From the NCBI GenBank assembly GCA_020184695.1, contig JAANOX010000039.1:1-64000 (forward strand): DNA of 64,000 nucleotides, written 5' to 3'. Position 1 is the stretch's first letter, and each line of letters begins with the position of its first letter. This document shows positions 22,756 to 34,118 of this stretch, in pieces. This stretch comes from Histomonas meleagridis 2922-C6/04-290x. Lineage: Eukaryota; Protista; Parabasalia. A model generated the notes under the pieces. It was not told the origin of the DNA. It did no database searches and saw only the letters and a list, made by a program, of their open reading frames with translations. A program made the position numbers and the translations under genes.

Positions 22756-23763
22756 TTAGTGAATGTATTCACCTTTGGTATCAATAACTCTTTGTAATCT
22801 CTCTTCCCAGTTTAGAAAAGCTCGGTTCAATTCATCTTTTGAAATGTCATTCAAAATTCGATGAACCTGATGTCTTAACTGTTCAGGGGTTTCAAATAAA
22901 TAACCCTTGAGCTTTTCTTTGACATTACCCAAAAGATAAAAATCTGATGGTGCTACGTCAGGTGAATATGGGGGATGTGGAGCTCTTTTCATCTGGTTCG
23001 AGTCAATAAAATTTGTGGTGATGCGAGCAGTATGCGGTTTTGCATTGTCAACGTGCAAAATTAAATTTTTATCAGAACCATCATTGAATCTTTGAACAAG
23101 TTTAGATAAAATATTATTCACGTAGTAGTGTACATTAAACTTTTGATTTTTAGGAAGACAGTCAACGATGGCAAAACCATTTGGATTGAAATATATTGAC
23201 AACATGGATTTTTGAGAGGAAATTTTTTTTGATACAATTTCTTATGAATTATTACCTATTTGTACCCATCTTTCCTGATAATCATAGTTTAAATAGCACC
23301 ATTATTCATCTCCTGTAACAAAATGCCTCCAGGAATCTTTTTTTGCAGTTCTAATGACACTTAATAGTTTGATACATAATCGAACCCGCACTTTTTTTTG
23401 CTCTGGTTTAAGAGAATTGGGTATCCAATGAAGGTGTCTGCAAACGAACCCAATTTTGATTATATAATCGTAAACAGTTGACCTTGGGATATTTGTTTTA
23501 TGGGCTATTTGCCTAACTGAAAAAAAAGGGAATTCATCAAGCCCCTTAAAAATTTTTTCATCAGTGTTTGATGGTTCAGTGAAATTATTTGATTCTTTAG
23601 ACTCATTACTATTTGTTCCGATTGTTCCTAATCTAATTGCTCTAGTAATACTTTGTTATGATTTACAGGAAGCACCTAAAGTCTCTTTCATATCATTATA
23701 TATTTTAACAGCTGTCCATCCTTTTAGGCTGAGATATCTTGCGACACTATTTTGGTCAATCAT
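22756..23763 (-). pseudogene. Mariner transposase, 335 codons, three in-frame TAA stops, no frameshift
   Basis: ATG 23763; HLHWIPNSL (WVPHEL-like), VTGDE*W, HVDNAKPH-x-HPPYSPDVAPSDF (34 residues between the last two Asp); stops at 23656-58, 23302-04, 23242-44. Confidence 0.92.
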
Positions 23764-23864
23764 TTTTTGTGTGTTTGAAATGTGACAAAAATAAAATCCT
23801 CAATTTTTTTTGACAGAAAATCCAAAATTTCCCAAATTGTCTGAAATATTTAATAAATATTGTA

Positions 23865-23892
<28 letters not shown>
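23865..23892. repeat. (AT)n microsatellite inside the mariner subterminal region
   Basis: ~14 AT dinucleotides. Confidence 0.9.
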
Positions 23893-23898
<6 letters not shown>

Positions 23899-24631
23899 TG
23901 TATGCGAAGTGCTCTATTAATATCATTATAATATAATGATATTAATTAAATTCATTGTCTATATATAGAGATGCTAGCATTTCGACCGGACATCCTATAT
24001 AAGGGAATTATTTAAATCATAATAATATAGTTCAAATACTTTTAAGCAATGAGGAATTAAAATAAATGAGAAAACATCAACACATCGATTCAAACAAATG
24101 AAATAGGTGATTATTCTCAGATTCATTATTATTTAAGAATTTGATATCAATAATAATCCGATGTTGTGCTTTTCGATTATGTATTTCATTAATTGTTACA
24201 ATTCAAATTTTAAATTATAAACGGCATTATTATCAATTTGAGAAATACTTCAACTCTAAATTCTTCAATAGTTTTTCGTTGAAAATCAAAGAGTATGGAC
24301 AACTTCGGATATTGAGTTTTAATATAAATTTTTAGGCAAGATCGGATCTATAAAAATTTTTATAAACAAAATTTTGTTCATTGGCTAATCTGACAAATGT
24401 TATTCAACAAATATTTTGAGGTTAAAGTGTTCATCCAAAGGAATTAGGGTATATATGTAAATTGCATAATAAATTTGTCGAATAATTTAAATCATGAGTA
24501 CTCTAAAAATAACAGTTCCTCCTCCGCCAAACTTATCAGAATAAAGGATCTTTTCAAAAGAAATTATTACGAATGAGAAACTCATTGAATTCAATGAAAA
24601 CAATTTTTAGTTAAAAAGCAAAGTATAATTA

Positions 24632-25885
24632 TAGTGGGAGACACGTCGGTTGAACTCTTATTTTTTTAAACAGCTATTTTTCAAAATGTTTACATATATT
24701 TTCACAACTTTACATTTTTTTCGAAAGTTCAAAAGATATGTCTCATTCAAATCAAAATGGTTTTATTGAAAATCATCGAAAAAGTTATTCTGGATCTCCA
24801 TAAAGTCTAAAAATCGTTCGATCTGTGGTGGCATTTACAATTCTCAGCCTTTTTGGAATACTCATGACAAGTCCGTTTATCGTCTGTCATTGGAGGGCTT
24901 CCCAAACATCCTTTACAATTTTTATCAAATCATCAATGGTTTTGGGCTGAAGTGCTTCTACTCTGGTTTCCATAATTGCCGAGACTACTTCAATAATGTT
25001 CAAGTCTGAGCTATATGGAGGCCAATCTATCAAAATATTTATTTCCAATTCATTTAAAACGCGCATTGTTTCTTTGGAGATATGAGGACGAGCATGGTCC
25101 TGCATGAGTGTCCATTCGCTGATCCCGTACTTTTTATCTGCTTCTTCAATTAAATTAGAACCGAAAATTATTTGTTCAATATAATTCTCTGAGTTCAATG
25201 TTCCTTCAATGATTACCAAGTCCGTTTTAGATTGATATCCAATGCCACCCCATATCATAATTTTTGGTGAATGCGATTTTTGATTCGATAAAACTTCATT
25301 GGTTATCTGAGTTTTGACAACCCAAACCCAGCGTTTATTTTGTCTTAAAATAAACCACGATTCATCAGTAAACACAGTTTTTAAAAAATTTGTACTATTT
25401 TCAATATGAAATTTTGTAAATTCATATCTTTTCTGAGCTGCAGCTGGTGTGATATATACAGATCGAATTGGTAATCTGTATATTAAACCATTTCTCCTTC
25501 TATGTCTATTCACAGTTCTACCTGAAATTTTCAATCCAAAAAATTCATATAATTCATGAGCTAATTTTTCACCAGATATATGAGGATCTTCAATTGTTCT
25601 GCAGTGAATGTACACCGAATGAACATCTTTGATTTTTTTCTCATAAATTCTTTGCGTTGGCATTAGATTTGATAATGAATTATATATTGTATTTTTGGAA
25701 ATATCTAAAACTTTTTGACTCAGGTTTATATTCCCACCCAGCGTAATGTAAACGTGTCTGATGTATGCGTATCTTTGCGCAATGAGAATAGATTTTAAAA
25801 AACTTTTCATTTGACAAATGCCGTTTATTAATTTGTTTCATACAAACAGTGATTTTGTGAGGTTCAACAGCAATGTCTTCCACTA
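24632..25885 (-). mobile_element. Tc1/IS630-like (DD35E) DNA transposon, 1254 bp, imperfect 24-bp TIRs, TA duplication
   Basis: TAGTGGGAGACACGTCGGTTGAAC (24632-24655) vs reverse complement of 25862-25885 TAGTGGAAGACATTGCTGTTGAAC (19/24). TA at 24630-31 and 25886-87. Confidence 0.9.
24785..25810 (-). pseudogene. Tc1-like transposase with one in-frame TGA near the C-terminus
   Basis: VFTDESWF, IMIWGGI, LMQDHARPH, WPPYSSDLNIIE (35 residues D-to-E). After TGA 24887-89 the frame continues QTINGLVMSIPKRLRIV to TAA 24785-87. Confidence 0.9.
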
Positions 25886-25994
25886 TATATATACGCCAAT
25901 TGGCGTTGCAAATCCTGAAATTTATGTATCGGTTATTCAAAATTCTATCGTAAAGTGTGATATCACTTTTCACATCACAATTCATACAACAAAA

Positions 25995-28232
25995 ATGAAA
26001 ACAAATAATTCAAATTTAATTGTTGGTCTTGACTTTGGTACAACATGTTCTTCTATTGCTATTAAAAACAGTGAACATAATGAAATAAACCAAAATCCAT
26101 TCAGCAGTAAAACAATTCCATCTTATATTTTATTTAGTGATTCTGAACTCACAGGTTCAGAAGCAAAAAATCAAGCGGAAAGTACTGCTAGTAACACCAT
26201 TTTTGATGTAAAGCGTTTGCTTGGAATAAAATACAGCGATCTTAAATTACATGAAGATATATCTAAATGGCCATTCAAAGTTATTGAATCAAGGGAAGGT
26301 ACCCCACAGATTGAGGTTGAATTTGGTACAGAAAAAAAATTATTATCACCTGAGCAAATCTCATCCAAAATCATAAAAGGACTTAAATTGGAGCTCGAGA
26401 AAGAACTTAATTCCACAATTACAGAAGCTGTTATCACTGTACCAGCATGCTTTCATAATTCACAACGACAAGCATTAATTAAATCATGTCAACTTGCAGG
26501 TCTTAAAGTTTTACGTGCCATTAATGGTCCAACATCAGCAGCCATACGCTATGGCTTTAATAATAAGATAAGATCAGAGAATGTTTTAGTATATGATTTT
26601 GGTGGCAGTAAATTTGATGTCTCAATAATCAAAATCGAAAGCAACAAATACACTGTTTTAGCCACTGATGGTATATCTGATTTAGGCGGAGAAAGCATTG
26701 ATAATAATATAATTAAATATATTTCACAGAAAATATATGATGAATGTAAAATTGATATCCATAAAAATGTAATTTTACTGAATCGAATTCGAATGATTTG
26801 TGAAAAAGCTAAAAATAATTTATCGCATTATGAAAACACTACAATTGATTGTTCACAAGCCGATATTCAATTAAATAATCAAATATTTCAATTGAGAAGG
26901 GAAGAATTTAATCAAATGAACGAAGAAATTTTCGAAGCAACAATAAGAAAATGTCATAAAGTTCTTGACGATGTAAAAATGCAACCGAAAGATATTAGTC
27001 GAATTATTCTTGTAGGCAATTCAACTAAGATTCCATATATTCGTGAAAAGTTAAAAAAGATGTTCCAGAATGTTTTGTTAGGATGTAATGTTGTTGAAGG
27101 AGCAGCAATTATAGCAAAGATGATATCTGACTCCAGAAAAAAAGGCATTAAAGAACAAATAATAATTAATGACATTGTTACACATCCTTTCAGTATTTAT
27201 GTTGATTCTAAGAAGACTATTATTCCATATAAAACACAATTTCCATTTAAAAACACAATCGTTTATTTAGCACAAGATAATAAAGAAATTTTAGCACAAA
27301 TTTTTGAAGATGATAATGTTATTAAAGAACTTCATATTAAAGGAATTCCTTATTTAAAAAATGAAAAAAGAAAAATTTCATTTACATTTGAAGTTGATGA
27401 AAATGGAATTTTTTCATATTCTTGTGTACAGAACAATGAAAAAGTTAATGAAGATGAAACTCCATTAAACACTTTAACATCGAACAATGAACAATTTGAC
27501 ATAAATAATCAAAAAGAATATGTGAAGCATGATGATGATACAAAAGAATTAAATGATTATATAAATGAAGCTTATCAGGAAGTCGAAAATAGTGAGTAAT
27601 CAGAAGAAGATCAAGAGAAAATGAGAAAAGAAATCGACAATATCAGAGTTTGGTATAAAGACGATAGTAATGATCACAACCCAGAAGCAATTAAAGGCAA
27701 GCGTGCTGAGCTAAAAACGAAAATTGAAAGGATAAAAGATGATAAACGCGCGTTTGCTTTTAGTAACTTAATACCAAAATATAAACAAGAAGCATTGAAT
27801 ATACTGAAAGAAGCTGAAAAATGGCTGAAAGAAAACAATGGCGCTGACATAGAATTAATTAAAATAATGAAAAATAAAACAAAAGCAAAAGTCGAAGAAT
27901 TACTTAAGTTACAAGAACAAATCGTTAAAGAAACCAATGAAATTAATGAATATATTACACAAACGTTAAAATTAATCGATGAAAATTATGATAAAGATAA
28001 AATAAATATTAAAGAAATTATCAAAATAATTGATAATGCAAGAAAATGGATAAACAATGAAAATAATCATGAAAATTTGGAACTAATTGTAGAAATGAAG
28101 AACAAATTAAAACAAAAAGTAGAAGAATTGATTAGCAAACAAGAGGAAATTGATGAATTTGATGAATATATTCAAACTATGAAATCGATATTAGTGGCGG
28201 AAAATAAAAGTAAAAGTAAAAGTAAACCCTGA
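25995..28232 (+). CDS. Divergent Hsp70/DnaK-family protein with helical C-terminal repeats; single in-frame TAA at 27597-27599
   Basis: GLDFGTTCS, TIFDVKRLLG, AVITVPACF, INGPTSAAIRYG, VYDFGGSKFDVS, LGGESID. Real start ATG 25995 (the ORF-track extension from 25818 runs through the Tc1 TIR). ORF 27621-28232 is in the same frame. Confidence 0.85.
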
Positions 28233-28871
28233 GCCAGAAAATGAATTCAAATTTCCACAATAAAAAAGTTTTTTTTTATTCCATTTGGTATCAAATTTTA
28301 CTGTCTTTACGAAATTCGGACAGTAACTGTTGAAAATACTTGGAATATATATAAAAGATTTTGTAAAAACATATTCTTTATTAAAAAATTAACTAAGTGT
28401 TTTTGTCATTATCATTCGTTTAGTTCTTATTACAAGAATATTTAAATATAAAATTGTGAATGCTTTGTATGGATCAGAAAATGACTGAAAATAAATGATA
28501 TAATGTAAAAAAAAAGTTTAAAAAAGAAAATGAATAAAAAAATTATCTCTTTATTGACAAATTAATATGCAAATATAGTTTCACTTAATAGAATTCATGT
28601 AGGTAATTTATCTATTTAGAAATGATGCTTTCAAATAAAAATTTAAAGTGACTTTCAATTTTGTGTCTTGTGTATAGATAGCGCATGAGAAAATAAGATT
28701 CCTGTGTATGAAAATTTTCGGCCAATATTTAAAAAATCCTTTTATAAAATCAACCTCAAATCATAAATACCACAAAAAGTCACATGTATTTCGAATGAAG
28801 AATAATTTGCGAATTGATTTTATTTTGTTGAAAACGATGCACCAAAAATGACACTTTTTCCATAATCGATT

Positions 28872-29285
28872 ATGAGCCTCGACCCAGCAACAATAAACTC
28901 GATTGTTGAAGCACAACTTGCAGCATGCAAAGGCCAGGAAAAAATAACACTTGTAATAACTGGTCACCAAGACGACGCTGCTGAGAAAGCAACATTCTTC
29001 AATATTCAAGCAAAGAAATACGACACTTCAGGTGCTGTGGTCAAAACTGCTGAAAGTAGATATAGGTATTCACAGCTTTTCGATTTCAATGAACGCCTTA
29101 TTTTTAATTATGGTAATATTAGAATGCTCCGAGTTTTCCCGCCAAAGAAATGGGTTGGTAACAAGGCCTTGGATTTTGTTACACAAAGGCAAGAAGCTCT
29201 CCAAAAGTGGTTAAATGAATTAGTTGAAGACGAAGAAACATGTGCAGATCCAATTATATTGAAGTTTTTCAACTTAATTGAATAA
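28872..29285 (+). CDS. PX (Phox) domain protein
   Basis: RYRYSQLFDFNERL, FPPKKWVG, VTQRQEALQKWLNELV, ILKFF. Confidence 0.9.
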   Translation: MSLDPATINSIVEAQLAACKGQEKITLVITGHQDDAAEKATFFNIQAKKYDTSGAVVKTAESRYRYSQLFDFNERLIFNYGNIRMLRVFPPKKWVGNKALDFVTQRQEALQKWLNELVEDEETCADPIILKFFNLIE

Positions 29286-29588
29286 ACAAACAGCAACAAT
29301 TATTCATTTCAATAATTTTAAACACTAGTCCTTAGCCTTTATACTCAAAATTAAAATCTTAATAATTATTTAAATAACTTAAGTGTACCGATTTTGCAAA
29401 TTTATTCCTTAGCCTAACCTTCTTAATTGGTTTGATTCAAAAAATGTTCGTATTTACAAATTTGAATTCTTAAAATTTAACAGATGTCTAAGAGTTTCCC
29501 GAAATCAAATTATATTTTAATGATTTTTTTTATTGTTATATAACTTTTAACAACTATAATATGATTTGACCAACCGATTGTGAATGTT

Positions 29589-29678
29589 GTATTATAAAGT
29601 TTTTGTGGTTCAGATGAACTTTTTTGACAATAGTCTGTTCAAATAACTTTTTGATATGAAAGTGTAACTAACAAACAG
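29589..29678 (+). other. Candidate conventional parabasalid spliceosomal intron (90 nt)
   Basis: GTATT..ACTAACAAACAG (11/12 to ACTAACACACAG); removal joins ATG 29584 in frame to ORF 29683 (MLQMNEV). Confidence 0.3.
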
Positions 29679-29682
29679 ACAA

Positions 29683-31981
29683 ATGAATGAAGTCAACTTC
29701 CTGGGTAACATTCAAAAAACAATATGGGAATTAAATGAAGAAAATATTGATGAAAGCATTGAAACAATAAAAACTTTATATGATTCTAATTTTCCAATTT
29801 CTTTCAATCAAGTTCTAATGCATTTTATTTATTCAAGCATAGAATCACAAAAAAATGACTTAAACATTTATTTTGAATTTATAAAAAGACTTCAAACACC
29901 AAATGATCAATTTATAGATATTTTTTCACACTTTCTTCTACATATTTATACACAAGAATCTAATTATCTTCTAGAAAAGTTAATTGAAAATGATTTTATT
30001 AAACCTAATATTATTCGAAACAGAAAATCATTATATTTTGCACATTATAAATCCATTAACGAAATCAATAAACTAATTGAAAATTTAAGTACTCCATTCA
30101 ACACAGAGTTTCATGAAGGCATTAAAGAACTATCAAATAATGATTGGGAACTTCATAAGATACATGTTAACGAGGGACATAATCCAAATGAACTTGCAAT
30201 AATAATTAGAAATGACGAAGTTGAAAAACTTCAAAAATTGTCTTCACAAACAAATTTTGATTTTGATCAAAAAATAGAACCATCACTTTATGAAAGATGT
30301 GACTTTATAAATAAAGAAAATGTATCATTAATTGATTATGCAGCATTTTTTTCTGCTGTTAAATGTTTTAAATATTTACTTATGAATGGTGCTGATATTA
30401 TTCATACATTTAAATATGCAATTGCAGGTGGAAATATCGAAATCATTCATTTATGTGAACAAAATCATTCGTTTTATGAAAGATCAATGAAAGCAGCAAT
30501 TAAATTCCATCAAAATGATATCTTTCATTATATTCATGAAAATAATTTCGAAGTTAATAATTTGGAAGATTTAATAATGGAAAGTATTGTATCTGATAAC
30601 TATGAAATTTTATCGTTTTTGGAAGGAAAAGGAAGAAAAGTCAATAATTCTTTGATCAATTATTTAACAGAAAATGGTAATATCTTTCTTTTAAAACATT
30701 TTCTTGAAGGAAATGATTTACCAAAAGACATTTTAATTACAGCAGTAAAATCAAGAAACATTGAAATTGTTAAATATATTCTTGATCAAAGAGGAATTTA
30801 TATGAATGTTATTGATATTTTTTTAGTGTAATTAAAATTTATCTCGTGATAATGATATCTCATTTTTGATTATAAAATTTTATACATATATTTAATACCT
30901 TATTTCTAATTGCTTGTCAAGAAGGATGTTTTGAAATTGTTAAATTCCTTATTAGAAAAAAATGTGGTAGTATAAATGATGTTAATGTTTTTTTAATGAA
31001 TTTGATATTAAATATATAATTTTTCTTGTTTAAAATGCATATTTGGAATTCGTTTGAAATGTTTTATAATGGGTTTTTATTAGCATCACAAAATGGTCAT
31101 GAAAAAATTGTTGAATTCCTTCTTCAAAAAGGTAAATTTGATATTAACAATTATAAAACCATTTATTTATATTTCTTAAAGTCAATTTTCCTTTAACAAA
31201 GTTTTACATTACATTTTTGGTGTTATTTTTTCTTGTTTTGGACTGCATTAATGGAAGCATCATATTATGGTCATGTTAAAGTCGTCAAACTGTTACTCAA
31301 ACAAAAAAAATTGATGTTAATATTATTGAATTTTGTTTCTTAGATTTAATATTAATTTTAATCATATAAAATTTCAAAATATTATTTGGATTACAACATT
31401 ATACAGCATTAATGCTTGCATCTCAAAATGGCCATACTGATATTGTTAAATTACTTCTTAAGAAAAAAGGAATTAATATCAATACTAAAGATATTTTATT
31501 GTTATATTTAGAATTAATTTTAATAATTTCAATATATCATCATATTATATTCGGAATTTATTTAAATTATTTGAAACATCACTAATGGATGCATCTCGTT
31601 TTGGTTACACAGAAATAGTTAAATTGTTTCTTGCACAAAAAGGAATTGATATCAATGCTAAAGATATTTAATCATTTTATTTAAATTTAATTTTTAAAAT
31701 TTAGTATTTAAATAAAATATTTGGAAATTATTTTAACCACATAGGACAGCACTTATGTTTGCATCTGAAAATGGTCATATTAAAATCGTTAAATCACTTC
31801 TTGAACAAAAAGGAATTGATATCAATATTAAAGATATTTAAATATTTTGTTTAATATTTCTTTCATTCATTTAATATATCAAAATATTATGTGGAGTTGA
31901 TTCAAACCATTTCATACAGCACTTATATATGCATCTAGAAATTCACATGGGGAAATAATAGATTTACTTCAAAAATATTAA
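29683..31981 (+). CDS. DUF3447-type ankyrin gene with seven spacer-interrupted ANK repeats
   Basis: Uninterrupted 378-codon N-terminal part, then ANK exons (TLFLIACQEG, TALMEASYYGH, TALMLASQNGH, TSLMDASRFGY, TALMFASENGH, TALIYASRNSH..LLQKY* at 31981) separated by spacers. Confidence 0.85.
30817..31915 (+). other. Array of seven ANK-interrupting spacers (D-to-T intervals 80, 81, 81, 72, 83, 80, 80 nt)
   Basis: Intervals 30817-30896, 30987-31067, 31161-31241, 31331-31402, 31493-31575, 31666-31745, 31836-31915; sequences strongly diverged from each other. Confidence 0.88.
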
Positions 31982-32153
31982 TATCTAATACAGTAAAGAA
32001 GATCCATTTATAGAAAATTTTTTTTATATACACTTAATTTTTAAATGCAAAATACGAAAATATAAGTAACTAAAACATGAAACAGATGTTCATAATCATT
32101 TGGTATTTTCATTATGTATTGCATATTTACGACCGTTTAATTTCAGCAAATTT

Positions 32154-33701
32154 ATGTCTGATAATTCTCAACATGTTGAGATAAACTTTGATATCACATC
32201 AATTGAGTTTCCACGAGCTATGCCTTCGGTTCTTCTAATTGCTTGGAAATGTGGTTCACTTCAAGGAAAAACAAATGGAATAAAGACAAATGCACTTCTT
32301 AAACAACTTAATGAACATTTTACAATAAGCCCAAATGAACTAACAACAAGTGAAATTAATATAGCTCTACATTCTAAATCTATTAATGGTTCTATCTTTC
32401 ATGTAGGAAGAAGTACAATCAAAATTCCAACCAAATATACTATAGATAAACCCATAGAGAAACCATTTCCAATCGAAACAAAATTAGGCACGTTTACAGT
32501 TACAGTTGCTTTTTCTCTTAAACAAATCGATGGAGAAATAAATGATAATTCAATATTGCTTCAAAAAATATCTGACGTAACATTGTACTGCGAACTCGTC
32601 CAAAAAATTCCTGTTTTTGTTGATCCTCAAACAGCCAATTCAGAATTTTATCATCCCAACCTTATTCCAAAATACATAACAACATTAAACACAAAAAATC
32701 CTCAACAAAGCACAGAACTCCAAGCGTCCCTTACGATCTTGGAGTCCAAAGTTCGGCTTTCATCAAATATATCAACATTAATTCGGGAAGTTGGGATGCA
32801 GCTTATGACATTAGAGCCTTCTTTTATCACCAATGATCTTAGAATTATCCAAGATCACACGATTCTCAAGGAAACCACAGATAAAGTACCACTTGTATCT
32901 ATTTATATCGTAAAGTTCATTGAGAAGTATATAGCGCTTGGCCATCCGATTAAAGAAATAGAAGATCCATTAGTTGAAGTATTTTCGATGTTTTGCGAAA
33001 TAACACTCAACAAAAAAGTGACAAAAGATTGGATAGTTTACCTGCTATCGGCCAACATGTTTTTGTATGCATATTTCAAGAAATATTTTTCCAATGAGCT
33101 TAGTGGTGTTATAGCAATCATACCAACAACACTTCACGTTATAATAACAGAGTTTGTTAAAGTTCTAAGAAATGAAATTACGACCAAACTTAAATTTCCG
33201 TCAAATCTTAAATTTTATCTTAAGCAAACAAAATCCTTATGCTTGTTGAACTGTATGCAAATCGGAGTTTGGAATATCATTCAAGATTTTTTGTTTGATG
33301 CAATGGATTTTCTTTTAGCAAAGAAATGTGTAATTGAAGAGAGTGTGCCATTTCCAGATTTCCAGAAGTATTATGATGAGATTCCCGAATGCACTTGGAG
33401 TTTTTTAAGGGATGTTAATTTCATTGTGACAAATGCTAAGAAAATTTACAATAAAACGATAAAAATTTCGGGGCACCTTAACCCATGCTTAACGGGCGAA
33501 TGGCTGTTTCTGGTTATGAAAAAAGTGTCGGAATTCCAAAGACTCAAATTCAACCAGACCTCACTCAAAAAAATTGTGAGAAAAGACGTGGTAGCACCTG
33601 AAATAAAAGATATCGACGAATGGGAACATAGCACCAACTTTTTTGCTTCATACGTATTGCCAGATGTTATCCCGGGCTATCAAATTACAAATTTACTGTG
33701 A
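32154..33701 (+). CDS. Protein with N-terminal NT-C2 (EEIG1/EHBP1-type)-like domain
   Basis: VEINFDITSIEF..VLLIAWKCGSLQGKT..INIAL..HVGRSTI; helical C-terminal part. Start ATG 32154. Confidence 0.6.
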   Translation: MSDNSQHVEINFDITSIEFPRAMPSVLLIAWKCGSLQGKTNGIKTNALLKQLNEHFTISPNELTTSEINIALHSKSINGSIFHVGRSTIKIPTKYTIDKPIEKPFPIETKLGTFTVTVAFSLKQIDGEINDNSILLQKISDVTLYCELVQKIPVFVDPQTANSEFYHPNLIPKYITTLNTKNPQQSTELQASLTILESKVRLSSNISTLIREVGMQLMTLEPSFITNDLRIIQDHTILKETTDKVPLVSIYIVKFIEKYIALGHPIKEIEDPLVEVFSMFCEITLNKKVTKDWIVYLLSANMFLYAYFKKYFSNELSGVIAIIPTTLHVIITEFVKVLRNEITTKLKFPSNLKFYLKQTKSLCLLNCMQIGVWNIIQDFLFDAMDFLLAKKCVIEESVPFPDFQKYYDEIPECTWSFLRDVNFIVTNAKKIYNKTIKISGHLNPCLTGEWLFLVMKKVSEFQRLKFNQTSLKKIVRKDVVAPEIKDIDEWEHSTNFFASYVLPDVIPGYQITNLL

Positions 33702-34118
33702 ATATATTAAATAAAACGATTTTTTGTAATTTAACCTTTATTTTCTTTTTTTCTTCTATCAAAATACAAAAAATTCCTAAGTAGCAAAAAAATATAAAAA
33801 ACATTAATTAGATTATGAAGAAACATTTATCACATTTATATATTAAAAATTTTTTTATGATTATGTTATAAATTCAATATTTTTATTCCTCTGAGTCTAA
33901 GATTTTATATTCTACCTAAAGTAAATTATGGAAGAGCTGTGTTACTACTGAGATAATTTGCAGGATGTTTTTTACCCTCACAGACAGTTAACCGGGGTAC
34001 TCCTCAAAGTTTGAGATGAATAATTTTTTGCCATTATTTTATTCTCAAATAAAAAAATATTCAGAGCTTTGTGAATTTGGCAATAACCAATTCAAATACA
34101 GTTTCTCAAATCGCCAAG

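Larger units (their letters stand above)
22680..23997 (-). mobile_element. Mariner (DD34D) DNA transposon, 1318 bp, 30-bp TIRs, TA target-site duplication
   Basis: Left TIR TAGGATGTCCGGTAGAAGTATTAGCATCTC (22680-22709) vs right 23968-23997: 26/30 match. TA at 22678-79 and 23998-99. Confidence 0.95.

Noticed and set aside
24060-24620. Possible gene remnant between the two transposons (MSTLKITVPPPPNLSE*...)
   Set aside because: Too short and interrupted; no identifiable homology.
25818-25994. 59-aa N-terminal extension of Hsp70 in the ORF track
   Set aside because: It starts inside the Tc1 element and crosses its TIR; homology begins at ATG 25995, which is preceded by Inr-like TCA motifs.
12936-28232. 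Alternative genetic code (TAA/TAG = amino acid) to explain in-frame stops
   Set aside because: Most intact conserved genes here terminate at TAA, and the implied residues at internal stops differ (Leu, Ser, Tyr). Nonsense mutation or error is more parsimonious.
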